64,000 nt of DNA from an uncultured Acidobacteriota bacterium (GCA_963804995.1 CAWDSK010000004.1:150505-214504); one strand, 5' to 3'; shown: positions 52,601 through 61,618, counted from the stretch's first letter. Notes: generated by a model not told the origin, from the sequence alone. Translations and numbers: made by a program.

Positions 52601-53133
52601 AAGGGACTTCCGAGCCACTTGCCTGGATCTCGCGCGAGCACGTGCCCGTCGTTACAAGTGAACTCTCGGGGGTACTGGTCTCGGGAGGCCCGTACACGCT
52701 CAAGGTCCTCTGCCCGCTTGGAGCGGACAACCAGGGCGTTCGTCCTTCCCGACCTCTGGGTGTAAAGAACGTCCCGATCCAGATCGAGGATGACCCGATA
52801 CCCGAGGTGGATTATTTCCCAACACGGAAGAGCCAAGGGCCGTCCCTGGAGGTTGTCAATGGCTGGCAGTCCAGGATCAACCAGAGGAAAGCTACGCCAG
52901 GCGATCTCCAATGGTGGAAGAGCAAGGCTGGCAGCCGAGCGATTATACGACCAACCACTTTTGTAAGGGCTGGTGTGGCTGAGCCCGCAGTGGCTGTGTA
53001 TCTGGATGGCGATGGAGTCCAGTTTGGCTGGATAGCGAGAGAGCATATACCCGCCGTTAAGCGGGAAATGCACGGCTATCTTGCCGGTAGTGGACCGTAC
53101 ACATTGGCGTTTATCTGTGACCAACCCAAGTAA
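49633..53133 (+). CDS. Putative single-subunit two-barrel RNA polymerase (YonO / cellular RdRP-like) with two C-terminal HIRAN-like repeats
   Basis: Ordered motifs SGAALAS, IQITG..QIKGNCL, DVK, LRNP, FNGADFDD, GIGYVVN, IIDALKMNG; GGAGG RBS. Confidence 0.75.
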   Translation: MNYQHLHFQFPAKPFQRWHVIEDRTAPRGLRFRHARQPGEKPDPKVNFGVEELSARLEHAGVEYMRIALGNDASSFDRAHVLLTDGLKEEGPGDGHWYPVIPWVRDDGFYAVCLREPMLYQDACRLFGFDIPAGKPSVPKRIKRDVARGKTSLFGELLETRELNEWDLLHTVMLADGKTTFQVATYNPSNRWPEAWTSGAALASPRGGAILTGHPVKIGDMIQITGAMPNGQIKGNCLIWDIDHDLVVWDVKPELRAWQGQIYLSVLNELHGGPANLDVQTASNLDLAKVRDHKLIQFLCQQYACDVFDLMRDDDRVKEEIGFYNPAAWVDEDGNPVINENRWKLWRMYSAGLPAMQFRTCRDAFYRTQMESPENNDPDRFRIRFREPQDLMTVQSNDLAGAAVRRYLFPEPFVFDKRGYPYWDRSTLPDVDSVYLGGFDGEFISLRNPNASHKESGKLRGCKLQHFAAIDRGAVMFVHLGFAASPEGDPGMAKSFNGADFDDSVLALLDPEIVQHWNNLPAYPWVAATPTEVQVIDDGDALFDRHPKARLYDWRFVSCMVQDAKRGQTGIGYVVNAITWFNLLWLHRESIVAELRAMQPSPQVAEAIRWMEQELPESRMPMVASRLEEIIDALKMNGKSIDWANDVIAEFRQSCPVAPKFWWQGGYQSQGRIPRDRIANGNEPIPVTTAMDVAREQWIEMFQKARRFADKESWRNCWQVPPEIRSFPTRPEAAAAARDFWMFYNRTREAKKAEFLKAGKDHRGKKVTTEQDAGIAAYLYAEEDVHDRIKASGMYLDIYAELVKLVFDRGLTLEPPRNPDGTVKPVADGILGGPHTLDGLLDIARAAGVTRRHVPLTWESARVREDYGDLNLDIVVEDTLVRIAGSSSTSANWIGIVDLPDGQYRMEHGLVVTKDTIEAPPQEPAVALVAVNDFEQRLKDEKLRQQDRQRIEAELKAFRAQVGNGVTIKPVTYRNPQSQADEPGAEVFLEGTSEPLAWISREHVPVVTSELSGVLVSGGPYTLKVLCPLGADNQGVRPSRPLGVKNVPIQIEDDPIPEVDYFPTRKSQGPSLEVVNGWQSRINQRKATPGDLQWWKSKAGSRAIIRPTTFVRAGVAEPAVAVYLDGDGVQFGWIAREHIPAVKREMHGYLAGSGPYTLAFICDQPK

Positions 53134-53791
53134 GGCGCCTACCGTTGACATAAACCATCATCAAAACATGCGCTCGCGGATTCGAACTTTTCAGAGTCCG
53201 GGAGCCGGGAGGAAGTATGCAGAACTACATCACGTCGTTCTCTGCATCGGAGTCGTCCCAATTCGTGAATGACCAAGTCGGTTGGGACGAAGGTAGCCCT
53301 CACCGCCATGATTGTCACGATCCACCACATGAGGCTCGCGGGGGATTTGTCGATGACCGCTCTCCACCGCGAAGATTGCATGCGGTGGCAAGGTCAGACC
53401 CCTGGAAAGTTACAAGGGCTCAGGGTGGATTCCCGGGGGACGCAACTCGGAGGCGAAGATTATTCTGGGTTGCACGGCCAGACCGCTGGCTCACGGGGAG
53501 GGGGCAGAGATTGCCCGCTGAGGGATCGTCGTGGCGAAGATTGCTATCCCGGAGGGGAATTTGATGCCCTCTCGGCGTTGCCCGCGGCGAAGATTGAGCT
53601 CGATTGTTTCGCGTTTGCTTTTATGCCCAAGGGCTGTTTTGGGAGCTGTAGGGCCTCGTACGCGGGCCTGATTGAACTCATGGGAACCGCTACGGTTCAA
53701 CGACGTATTTAGGCAAGTCGAAGGGTCAGCAATCGTCTGTGTCAAATCTCAACTCTTGCTTCCGGGCAAAGACCCGGGAAAGGATGTGCGT

Positions 53792-54202
53792 ATGCCAAAG
53801 ACCGTCGCAGTCGTTCAACTTCCTGAGATTCTGAGAAACAAATCAAGCCATCTAGTGAAGCTTGCGGGAAAGGTCGATTCCTTCTCCCTTTTACTCCGCG
53901 AGACGCCGGACGGCGAGTTGAAACGCTCGATCGAAGAGCAGTTCCACGCCATGGTGTTCGCAACCCGCAAGGAGACTCGGAAGTATTGCCCTCGCTATCG
54001 CTCTCTGCCGGGAGAAGGCATCTTAGATTTCAATACCGATTGCAACTCCGGCCAACTTGAGCCGGGTGATATTGGCTATGCCCCACCACCCAAGCGGGGC
54101 AGGCTCTGCGAGACGTGCTGCTTCTTTACAGGCATTCCCGAGGAGCAAGTTCCTGAAATGACTTTAACCCCCGCGCCGCAAGACCTCGTGCTTGTGGTCT
54201 AA
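53792..54202 (+). CDS. Hypothetical protein with a Cys cluster
   Basis: AAGGA RBS; YCPRY..DCNS..LCETCC. Confidence 0.6.
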   Translation: MPKTVAVVQLPEILRNKSSHLVKLAGKVDSFSLLLRETPDGELKRSIEEQFHAMVFATRKETRKYCPRYRSLPGEGILDFNTDCNSGQLEPGDIGYAPPPKRGRLCETCCFFTGIPEEQVPEMTLTPAPQDLVLVV

Positions 54203-54293
54203 ATCTCGCCAGCCCTACCCCTTCATCCACTCACAGTTTTTCCCCATAACGCTCATAGCCGGTCGCAAAGCGACCACAGAAGGAGATCCGTTT

Positions 54294-54734
54294 ATGAACG
54301 AACCGAACTCTGAAGGTACGAGCATCCTTGGCCGTTCATGGCCGGGAGCCAACGTCTACAAATCCCTCAAGCTCGGCTGGCACTGGCGCCGGCTGAGGTG
54401 GGCCGTTGTGGCCGCCTCCGAAGCTGCGCAGGGCCACGAAGCCAATGGCCTGCCGCCCGGTTCGAGGGAATTCAGAACACTCTTTAATGAGGTCGCCAGC
54501 AAGGTTCAGGAGTATTCCACCGAGTCCGGTGATCCTCTCGACACTCTCAAGGCCCGGCTGCCTGCGCTGTGCGCGCTGGAGCGGCTGGCCAATCCTGTTC
54601 CCAGTGTGCCTCAGAACAAGGCTGGGCTGACGCTCGGCATCCTCATCGCCGCAGTCCTGGGACCAATCGTGTTCGGGGCGCTGATTGGTCTTGGGACCGG
54701 CATGGCCCATTGGATTGCGCACCTGTTCGGATAA
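54294..54734 (+). CDS. Hypothetical protein with a C-terminal Gly-rich TM segment
   Basis: AAGGAG RBS; LTLGILIAAVLGPIVFGALIGLGTGMAHWIAHLFG. Confidence 0.7.
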   Translation: MNEPNSEGTSILGRSWPGANVYKSLKLGWHWRRLRWAVVAASEAAQGHEANGLPPGSREFRTLFNEVASKVQEYSTESGDPLDTLKARLPALCALERLANPVPSVPQNKAGLTLGILIAAVLGPIVFGALIGLGTGMAHWIAHLFG

Positions 54735-54745
54735 GGAGGTCTGGC

Positions 54746-55108
54746 ATGACCGGGATACTGGAACTGTTCGTTCTTCTCGAACTGGGCAGCGGGATCGGCT
54801 TCCTGGTCAGGTGGCGTAACCGGCTCCTGGCCAGCAAGGTCAACTATTTCCACCCGCCGCACAACCGTAAGTCTCCCATCGACAAACTGTTCCGGTCCCA
54901 GACCGGCCCTGTGATCACCCGGCAGGACCAACTCTGCGTAAAGGTAGCCGATGGTATTACCGCCCTCGTTCGCAGGCTGGTCATGCTCGATGCCTTCCGC
55001 CAGCTCATGCGGGCCTTGGCTTTGCCCAGTTCACCGCTGCGTCGGATGCTTGGATCACATAAGATTTCCGCCCAGGGTGTGGCTTTACCCAAAGGGAGGC
55101 AACTATGA
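54746..55108 (+). CDS. Hypothetical protein with an N-terminal membrane anchor
   Basis: AAGGAGGT RBS; hydrophobic N-terminus. Confidence 0.6.
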   Translation: MTGILELFVLLELGSGIGFLVRWRNRLLASKVNYFHPPHNRKSPIDKLFRSQTGPVITRQDQLCVKVADGITALVRRLVMLDAFRQLMRALALPSSPLRRMLGSHKISAQGVALPKGRQL

Positions 55109-55326
55109 ACAGACCTACAGTACCCAACAGCGTTTGGATTACCGCTCTGGTCTTATGGCTGTTACCTGGCGGTATGTTTCTCTCGCTGGCGTACCTGTTT
55201 TACCACGAAATCAAGTTCGACAAGCAAGCATCCGCCTGGTCAAAGGCGAACTTTGCAGAGTACTGCGAACGTAAGCGGAGACAGGAGGAGGCAAAGCATG
55301 ACATTCACCCCATCCGCAACGAGTAG
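55105..55326 (+). CDS. Small membrane protein
   Basis: GGAGG RBS, ATGA overlap, hydrophobic stretch. Confidence 0.65.
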   Translation: MNRPTVPNSVWITALVLWLLPGGMFLSLAYLFYHEIKFDKQASAWSKANFAEYCERKRRQEEAKHDIHPIRNE

Positions 55327-55621
55327 CTTCTCGGCTGGTGCGGTCTTCTGGGGAATGGTTTGGGCCACGCTGGGCAAGCTCAATGAGCTGGTCCATTTCG
55401 TGGGCTTCAAGAAGTCCAATCCTCGCCAGACCGTACTGCGCTGGATAAACGCCCACAAGGTCGTCACCATCACCCTGACAGAAGCGGTCAACTATTCCGT
55501 GCATGGAATTTCGTCTCCGCTGGGCGTTACCTTCGCACTGGGCGGAACCCTGGTGAACATCTTCATGGTCACATTCATCGTGCCCATCTGGTGCCGGCTG
55601 TCGAACCTGGAACGTCGCTGA
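55298..55621 (+). CDS. Small membrane protein
   Basis: AGGAGG RBS; multiple hydrophobic segments. Confidence 0.7.
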   Translation: MTFTPSATSSFSAGAVFWGMVWATLGKLNELVHFVGFKKSNPRQTVLRWINAHKVVTITLTEAVNYSVHGISSPLGVTFALGGTLVNIFMVTFIVPIWCRLSNLERR

Positions 55622-55683
55622 TCGTCCCCCATCTCAGTCCCCGATAAGAATCCATCTCTCAATCACAAGGAGGCAATCGAATC

Positions 55684-55890
55684 ATGAAGACTCTCGTCAT
55701 CACTATCTCTGTTGTTTGTGCCGTGGTCGCATATTACTTCGGTTTTCGCTACTTCACGCGCCGGGATCTTGGCTTCACACCCGCTAGGAAGTACGTCAGG
55801 AACCTCGCGCAGAACCTGCTTCATACCGAAATCACCGCTGCCGGCGAAGCTGGCGCGACTTCCGAAACGACAACCGAACAAGCGGCCTAG
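55684..55890 (+). CDS. Small membrane-anchored protein
   Basis: AAGGAGG RBS; MKTLVITISVVCAVVAYYFGF. Confidence 0.7.
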   Translation: MKTLVITISVVCAVVAYYFGFRYFTRRDLGFTPARKYVRNLAQNLLHTEITAAGEAGATSETTTEQAA

Positions 55891-55949
55891 CAGACTGTCT
55901 TGCTGATTCTGGTCGGCGCAACTCTCACAGTTGGCAAAGGAGAGACGGC

Positions 55950-56345
55950 ATGTCACTCGTAACTCGTTACCGGCTCTTCTGGGCTGCCTTAATGGCAGCC
56001 CTTTTGGGTCTGGCGTTCTGGAAGAACTCCCGGAGCTATCCCCAGAAGTCACCGCCCTGGCGACTCGGCAAGGCCCTCATCGACACCGGGCTGGTGGTGC
56101 TCATGGTTATCTACACTCCGGCCCTGCTGCTTATGTACGTGGTGATCTGGCTGACCAGCCCGTTCCGGAACAAGATCATCCAGGTCACAACGGCATTCGC
56201 TTCCATATTGGCCATCACTCATCTGGCTGGAGTGGTTTTCGAAGCTGTCGCCGTGCTGGGTGTGTTCGCCGTGGACCTTCTGACCGGGCAGGTACTGGCC
56301 CGGATGGACAGGCGCGAAAGAAACAGGCGGGCGAAGGCTTCGTAA
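55950..56345 (+). CDS. Multi-pass small membrane protein
   Basis: AAGGAG RBS; 3-4 predicted TM stretches. Confidence 0.7.
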   Translation: MSLVTRYRLFWAALMAALLGLAFWKNSRSYPQKSPPWRLGKALIDTGLVVLMVIYTPALLLMYVVIWLTSPFRNKIIQVTTAFASILAITHLAGVVFEAVAVLGVFAVDLLTGQVLARMDRRERNRRAKAS

Positions 56346-56404
56346 GGAGCTGATGAGTAACGCTGCCCATGGCGGGCACTTCACGCGAGAGCCAGAGACT
56401 GAGG

Positions 56405-57112
56405 TCAGTTGTCGTAGTAGGATTTTCCGTCCATCTGCTGTACTGTCCTTCTGATTACCTCGGACATGTCCCAAGTTTTGATACGAGGGGTTGGTTGGGG
56501 GGCGATCGTCCCTCCGAAACCAGAACAGAGCTTGTCCGCTACCCACGTTCCCATTTGAAATTGGTCCGCAATTCGGCTTCTATTGGCCTTCACGACTGGT
56601 TGAATACGTCGGATTCTCAGGTCCGTGAGGCACTTTGCTCCGAGCTGGGCGTCGAAACGCCGCGCTTCCGAAACCAAGGTCTGACGGAGCAATTTCTCCC
56701 AAGCCGTAGCGTGCTCGCCCCTAAGGCTCTTTGGGTCAAAGTAAACATCAAGAGTGCCAACGCTCTGGTGATTGCGGATAAATTCCCGAAGAAGGGAGCC
56801 GACTACAAAGGCTGTGCATATTGACCAGATGTTGTCTGCTCTCGCCATGCCCGGGACATCGTCCGTTCCATCGATTTCGCCACTCCGGAACAAAGACTTC
56901 GCCAAAGACGCCTTTGCGACGAGCGCAAAAGCGTCGAGATCCTCAAGCATAAAGTTGATCCGTTCCAGGATCGGAGGCTTGAATAGATCACCAAGCCGAT
57001 CCACATTGCGATTTAGCCTTGCCTGCTCGACGGCCCAAGACGCGACGAGTATCACTCGCTGGCCAGTGAGTTCGCGATATGATTCGTCGAGGAATAGATA
57101 ATGCATGTGCAC
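56405..57112 (-). CDS. DUF3800-like (RNase H-fold) protein
   Basis: N-terminal YLFLDES, mid VYFD, C-terminal Q..WVADKLC. Confidence 0.55.
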   Translation of the reverse strand: MHMHYLFLDESYRELTGQRVILVASWAVEQARLNRNVDRLGDLFKPPILERINFMLEDLDAFALVAKASLAKSLFRSGEIDGTDDVPGMARADNIWSICTAFVVGSLLREFIRNHQSVGTLDVYFDPKSLRGEHATAWEKLLRQTLVSEARRFDAQLGAKCLTDLRIRRIQPVVKANRSRIADQFQMGTWVADKLCSGFGGTIAPQPTPRIKTWDMSEVIRRTVQQMDGKSYYDN

Positions 57113-57227
57113 GATCCCTTGAGTTCACCGTATAGCGAAAAGCGGCTTCAGGGGTCCGCGGTCCTCCTCTTGTGTCCTTCGGCGCGCAGAGACAGCCCGT
57201 GTTACCCAGCAGCTCGGCAATAACCCG

Positions 57228-57674
57228 CTACATCCGGTCCATCCGGGGTTTGCGGTTTCCCAAGGTTACCGAAACCGCGTGCTCGTAACCCAATTGCGAT
57301 TTGTAAGCACACAACTTACGCCGATCCCAGTCTTGGCCCTTCGTATTAGATTCCTTTTTCACCTCTACGACCAGAAGATTAGTTGAGGTTCCTCGCTTGT
57401 GCACGATTATGTCGGGATAAACACTTGCGGCATTGGTGTCGGTCGCATTCGTTTCAGGTAGGGTATTGTCGAGATCAAGGCGTTTCGTATCTTCAAGACC
57501 GTCCCTGTTGTACTCGCAGTCTACATCCCAATCTTGGAATTCAGCCTCCAGGTAACTGGCTAGCTTGTGCGTGATGGACCGCTCGTTCACATCGTGCGCA
57601 AGCAAGAAATGGTCTTTCTTGGCCAGGTTCTTGAGCGCCTCGCAAAGCTTATGCTGAACCGTGGAGCGTTCCAT
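57228..57674 (-). CDS. Putative PD-(D/E)xK nuclease-fold protein
   Basis: NERSITHKLA.YL, VDCEYNR, YPDIIVHKRG..NLLVVEVKK. Confidence 0.7.
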   Translation of the reverse strand: MERSTVQHKLCEALKNLAKKDHFLLAHDVNERSITHKLASYLEAEFQDWDVDCEYNRDGLEDTKRLDLDNTLPETNATDTNAASVYPDIIVHKRGTSTNLLVVEVKKESNTKGQDWDRRKLCAYKSQLGYEHAVSVTLGNRKPRMDRM

Positions 57675-57769
57675 AGGGCCTCTCTATGAAATCATACGCT
57701 CCGGCGAGTCCGCACGCTAATGCTTCGCCTTTCCCCGCAGGAAATCGCCGGCCCCCATCGAGGTCGAAG

Positions 57770-59374
57770 ATGAATCCTCTTACGAACCTTGCTCTCAGCG
57801 TGGGAGAGACTCTCGTTCACGAAGGTGGACGGCTGCTATTCGGAATTGCTCTTAGCAGGGCGAAGGTGCTTCTGGGTACGCCCCAGCCGCTCGGAATCCG
57901 GCAACTGGCCATGAATCGTGCCTTGCAGAAGAAAGCGGTGGATGGCGCTCTGCTGGCAGGTCCACGGACCGGGAGGGAATACGCCAAGTTCACATTGAAG
58001 AAAGGTCTGCCCACCGATCACCGGCCCAAGTTCTTGGCGGTCGAGAATGAGCCTCATTCCGTGGATGACTTCGACGGGGTCATCAAAGAAGGCTACGGAA
58101 AGGGCGAAAAGAGGCTTGTCTACTCCGGCACGGGCGTCATCAAGGTTGGGGGAAGCCGCCAGCTTGGGAAAATCAATGTTCACGAACACGAGGCTGAGAA
58201 GGCAGGCTTCCACTATGACTTCGTTGCCGAAGGCATCGACCCGCACACGCAGTCCTTCGAGGTCAATATCGCCAATGGACTCTTCAAGGGACGCTACGCC
58301 TTCCGGCAAGCCTTCGAGAATAATCGGCATCTGGTTGTCCGCATGAAGGACGAATCTGTCCTGGTGGCAAAGCCCGATATTCACGTCAAACCGCCAGAGT
58401 TCCTCAAAACCATCCGCCAGTCCGATCGCCCAGTCAGCGTCGAATGGAAAGATGATGGCAGTCTCGCGAATATGGCAGTCCACAATCTGCGTGCGGCTTA
58501 TCGTAGCCATCGCCTGGAAGGAGAGTGTTATTACGACAAGCTCCCGGCCATCGAAGACCTCCGCAATCGCTCTCCCTTGTGGCTGGCCCGCAGGCTCTTC
58601 CCAGGCCCGGAGCAGGAAGGAACCGTATTGCGAGGCGAGCTTCATCATCCCGACGGAGCCGCGCGAGTGGGTGGAATTTTGAATGCCCTGCCCGAGAAGT
58701 CCATCCGCATTCAGCAGGAGCGTGGTGCGGTTGAGTTCTACGCCTGGGACATTGCGAAGTTCAAGGGCAGGAACATCAGCCAGATGCCCTATGGGCAGCG
58801 CCGTGAACTCTATGAAGCCGTGATTGCAGAGATTCGTTTGTTCAATAGGCAGCTCCACGTCGTTCCGGCCATGCCCGAGGGCAGTGACCCTGTGGAGTTC
58901 TATCGCGCCATCATCCACGATCCCCGCGGCCTGCCGTGGAGCGAAGGCGTGATTGTGAAGTACCGGGATTCCGTGGACCAGTGGTTCAAGGTGAAGGCAA
59001 ACGATACCCTCGATGTAAAAGTCATACGTTGCATTGAAGGCGCGGGAAAGTTCGCGGGCAGCCTGGGGGCCATGGTTGTGGAAGGCCCGACCGGCGTAGA
59101 AAGCGAGATTGGTTCCTTCCAGTTGACCAATGAACAGAGACGATGGATTTGGCAGCATCGTGACCTACTGACGGGCCAGGTCGCCGAAATGCGGGCCTTG
59201 GCGGTCAATGAAAGCGGAGCAATACGGGCGGGAGTGTTTGTCCGGTTTCACCCGAGCAAATCAGAAGCTGGCCTGCTGATGTATGCCGAAAGCTTGGCTG
59301 GCAGCACAGATCCAAAGCAATCTCGTCCATTCCTTTACTCGCTGAAGAGTGCAGCGGGCTGGCGCAGAGGCTGA
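57770..59374 (+). CDS. ATP-dependent DNA ligase with an N-terminal LigD-phosphoesterase-like segment
   Basis: HEHEAEKAGFHYDF; EWKDDG, RGEL, FYAWDI, EGVIVK, WFKVK, OB-fold GKFAGSLGA. Confidence 0.8.
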   Translation: MNPLTNLALSVGETLVHEGGRLLFGIALSRAKVLLGTPQPLGIRQLAMNRALQKKAVDGALLAGPRTGREYAKFTLKKGLPTDHRPKFLAVENEPHSVDDFDGVIKEGYGKGEKRLVYSGTGVIKVGGSRQLGKINVHEHEAEKAGFHYDFVAEGIDPHTQSFEVNIANGLFKGRYAFRQAFENNRHLVVRMKDESVLVAKPDIHVKPPEFLKTIRQSDRPVSVEWKDDGSLANMAVHNLRAAYRSHRLEGECYYDKLPAIEDLRNRSPLWLARRLFPGPEQEGTVLRGELHHPDGAARVGGILNALPEKSIRIQQERGAVEFYAWDIAKFKGRNISQMPYGQRRELYEAVIAEIRLFNRQLHVVPAMPEGSDPVEFYRAIIHDPRGLPWSEGVIVKYRDSVDQWFKVKANDTLDVKVIRCIEGAGKFAGSLGAMVVEGPTGVESEIGSFQLTNEQRRWIWQHRDLLTGQVAEMRALAVNESGAIRAGVFVRFHPSKSEAGLLMYAESLAGSTDPKQSRPFLYSLKSAAGWRRG

Positions 59375-59481
59375 ACTCTCCGCCGATTTGCATTAATCCT
59401 CAAGCATTTCCCACCACAACCCTAAAACAAACACCAACAAGGGCGGGCGTGTCATGCCGCTCCAGATCGAGGGAAAACCCA

Positions 59482-60363
59482 ATGGCGACTCCATCCGTCT
59501 CGTTACCGCAGAAACACGGCCGCGTACATTCGACCTCAAATATGTCGCGCCAGCGCCGTCATAACAGGCCCTTAGTGGCCCCAAATAAGGAGAAATCAAC
59601 GGCGAGCGAAGCAGACCTGCTCGCCACAATGCTTCCAATGGTAAGGTCGATTGCATTGAAGATTCGCAAACATCTGCCTGCCCAAGTGGAATTAGCTGAA
59701 TTGACCGCCAACGGCATTGTGGGGTTGGTGGATGCCGCGACCAAGTTTGATCCGAACAAGGGAGCCAAGTTCGCCACCTACGCTCGTCATCGGGTTCGCG
59801 GAGCCATTTTGGATGGTCTCCGTAGTGCCGATCCGATCACCCGTGATGTGCGGCGGAAGAGCAAGAGGATCGAAACGCTCTACCGTGAATTGGAGAGCAA
59901 GCTCGGCCGGCCTGTCCGGGACGAGGAGATGGCCCCGGCGCTGGGAATGACGCTGGGAAAGTGGCACCGGGAACTTAACGAGACTCAGAGCGCAGGTCTT
60001 GACTCCGGCTCGCGGGTAATCTCGGCAGGCCCGACGATGATGCTGCAATCCACGGACCCAGAGTTTCTGGTTGATGGCCGTGCTAGCCCCTTTGACCTCT
60101 GCTACCGCCGCGAGCAACACGAGATTCTTGGCCAGGCACTCTCCCGACTGCGGGAGCGTGAACGGAAGATCGTCACGCTTCACGACCAACAAGGGCTCAC
60201 CATGAAGCAGATCGCCGGCCAAATGCATGTGGACGAATCACGGGTCTCACAGATCCATTCGGCGGCTCTAATGCGATTGCGGGCAACCGTCAATTCCCTG
60301 TTACAAACAAGACCTGCCGAAGCATCAACCCGCACCCTGTCAATGGCAGCAGGAGCTAGCTGA
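59482..60363 (+). CDS. FliA/WhiG-family sigma factor; start uncertain
   Basis: GIVGLVDAATKFDP..KFATYARHRVRGAILDGLR; LTMKQIAGQMHVDESRVSQIHS. Confidence 0.92.
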   Translation: MATPSVSLPQKHGRVHSTSNMSRQRRHNRPLVAPNKEKSTASEADLLATMLPMVRSIALKIRKHLPAQVELAELTANGIVGLVDAATKFDPNKGAKFATYARHRVRGAILDGLRSADPITRDVRRKSKRIETLYRELESKLGRPVRDEEMAPALGMTLGKWHRELNETQSAGLDSGSRVISAGPTMMLQSTDPEFLVDGRASPFDLCYRREQHEILGQALSRLRERERKIVTLHDQQGLTMKQIAGQMHVDESRVSQIHSAALMRLRATVNSLLQTRPAEASTRTLSMAAGAS

Positions 60364-60373
60364 TGAACTCCAA

Positions 60374-61618
60374 ATGAAAGGAGGAATCCCCGTGATTATT
60401 GGCGTTACGCACGACCAAGACGGCCGTGTCGTCCAGCGGCTGTCCGTTTCCACCAAGGTCTCCATAGGGCTACCACCCAACGGAGACCGCAACCATCCCA
60501 CCAAGCTCGATCACTTCGTTTTCCTGCGCAAGAAGAAGTCAGCCAACCGGGTTGGCTGGGAAGCCGACCCGGAACTGACCGAGCACTACGGGGCCGAGTG
60601 CCGCGAACTCCACATCATGTTAATCGACGATGACATCGAAAATGTGTTCCCCACGTCCTATGCGTGGTGGACGGCCACGGAACGAAAGTGCTGGGGTGAT
60701 GGAACGTCAGCCACCCGACGCACTGCTGAGAAGCCCGGTGGACAGCCTTGGACCACCTGCGGTAGCGGTTGTCCGGAGCTATTGAGTGGGCAATGCAAAC
60801 CCGGTGGGGACCTACGTTTCGTGTTGGCGGACTTCCCCCGGCTGGGAAGTGTCTGCCGCATCCATACGTGCTCTTACCGGTCCATCCGCCAGATTCACTC
60901 CGCCTTGCAGGAAATCCAAACCTTCACGGGCGGCCGACTGGCCGGCATCACCGCGCAGTTGACGGTTCGTCCAGAGGAAGCCACCTACTTTGACCGCAAA
61001 GAGAAGAGGAAGAAGACTTCATCCATCTGGGCGCTGAGCCTCGAAGTCGAAGGCGAGGACATGCAGAAACTCATCGCCAACCTGACGGAGAACGCCCGGT
61101 TGTTTGCGGAGACTCGAAAGCTGCTCGGGTCTAATGGCAAGGTCTTGGAAGTGGTAGAGGACGAGCAAGAGCAGGCGCCGGAGGTCGCGGCGGAGTTTTA
61201 CCCACCGTCGGCCAATGGCTCTTCTCCGACCGAATCCACCGAGGCTGCTTCTCCCACGGAACCAACTCCTGGCAGCGCTCCGTCGAACCTGCCAAGTATG
61301 ACTCCGCCCCCCGGTAACGGTTCCAAGGTTTCTGGAGGGAATGGGTTTGTCAGACCACCCGTCAGTGGGACCACCTCTTCGCCTGCGCCCAACAATGGCA
61401 ACGGGCATTCGGGATTTAACCAGCTCCGCAACGAGTTCCTGACAGCGGCACGCCGTGTTGCCACGACCAAGAAGCAAGCCATCGGTGAAGTGGTGGAATG
61501 GGCAAGTGGTGGCGTATTCAAGTACGGCGATATTGGCCGCATGACGGAGGCCGATACACCGAAGCTGAGGGCGGCCACTGAACACATGGCATCGACCTTC
61601 GATGACACAACCCCCTAA
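60374..61618 (+). CDS. Phage recombination protein, Gp3-like recombination directionality factor family; probable GTG start at 60392
   Basis: KVSIG..HPTKLDHF, YAWW..RKCWGDG, C..C..CKPGGDLRFVL, GSVCRIHTCSYRS. Confidence 0.7.
   Translation: MKGGIPVIIGVTHDQDGRVVQRLSVSTKVSIGLPPNGDRNHPTKLDHFVFLRKKKSANRVGWEADPELTEHYGAECRELHIMLIDDDIENVFPTSYAWWTATERKCWGDGTSATRRTAEKPGGQPWTTCGSGCPELLSGQCKPGGDLRFVLADFPRLGSVCRIHTCSYRSIRQIHSALQEIQTFTGGRLAGITAQLTVRPEEATYFDRKEKRKKTSSIWALSLEVEGEDMQKLIANLTENARLFAETRKLLGSNGKVLEVVEDEQEQAPEVAAEFYPPSANGSSPTESTEAASPTEPTPGSAPSNLPSMTPPPGNGSKVSGGNGFVRPPVSGTTSSPAPNNGNGHSGFNQLRNEFLTAARRVATTKKQAIGEVVEWASGGVFKYGDIGRMTEADTPKLRAATEHMASTFDDTTP

Noticed and set aside
53269..53712. 147-aa ORF downstream of the RNAP-like gene
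   Set aside because: No RBS or recognisable composition; treated as probably non-coding
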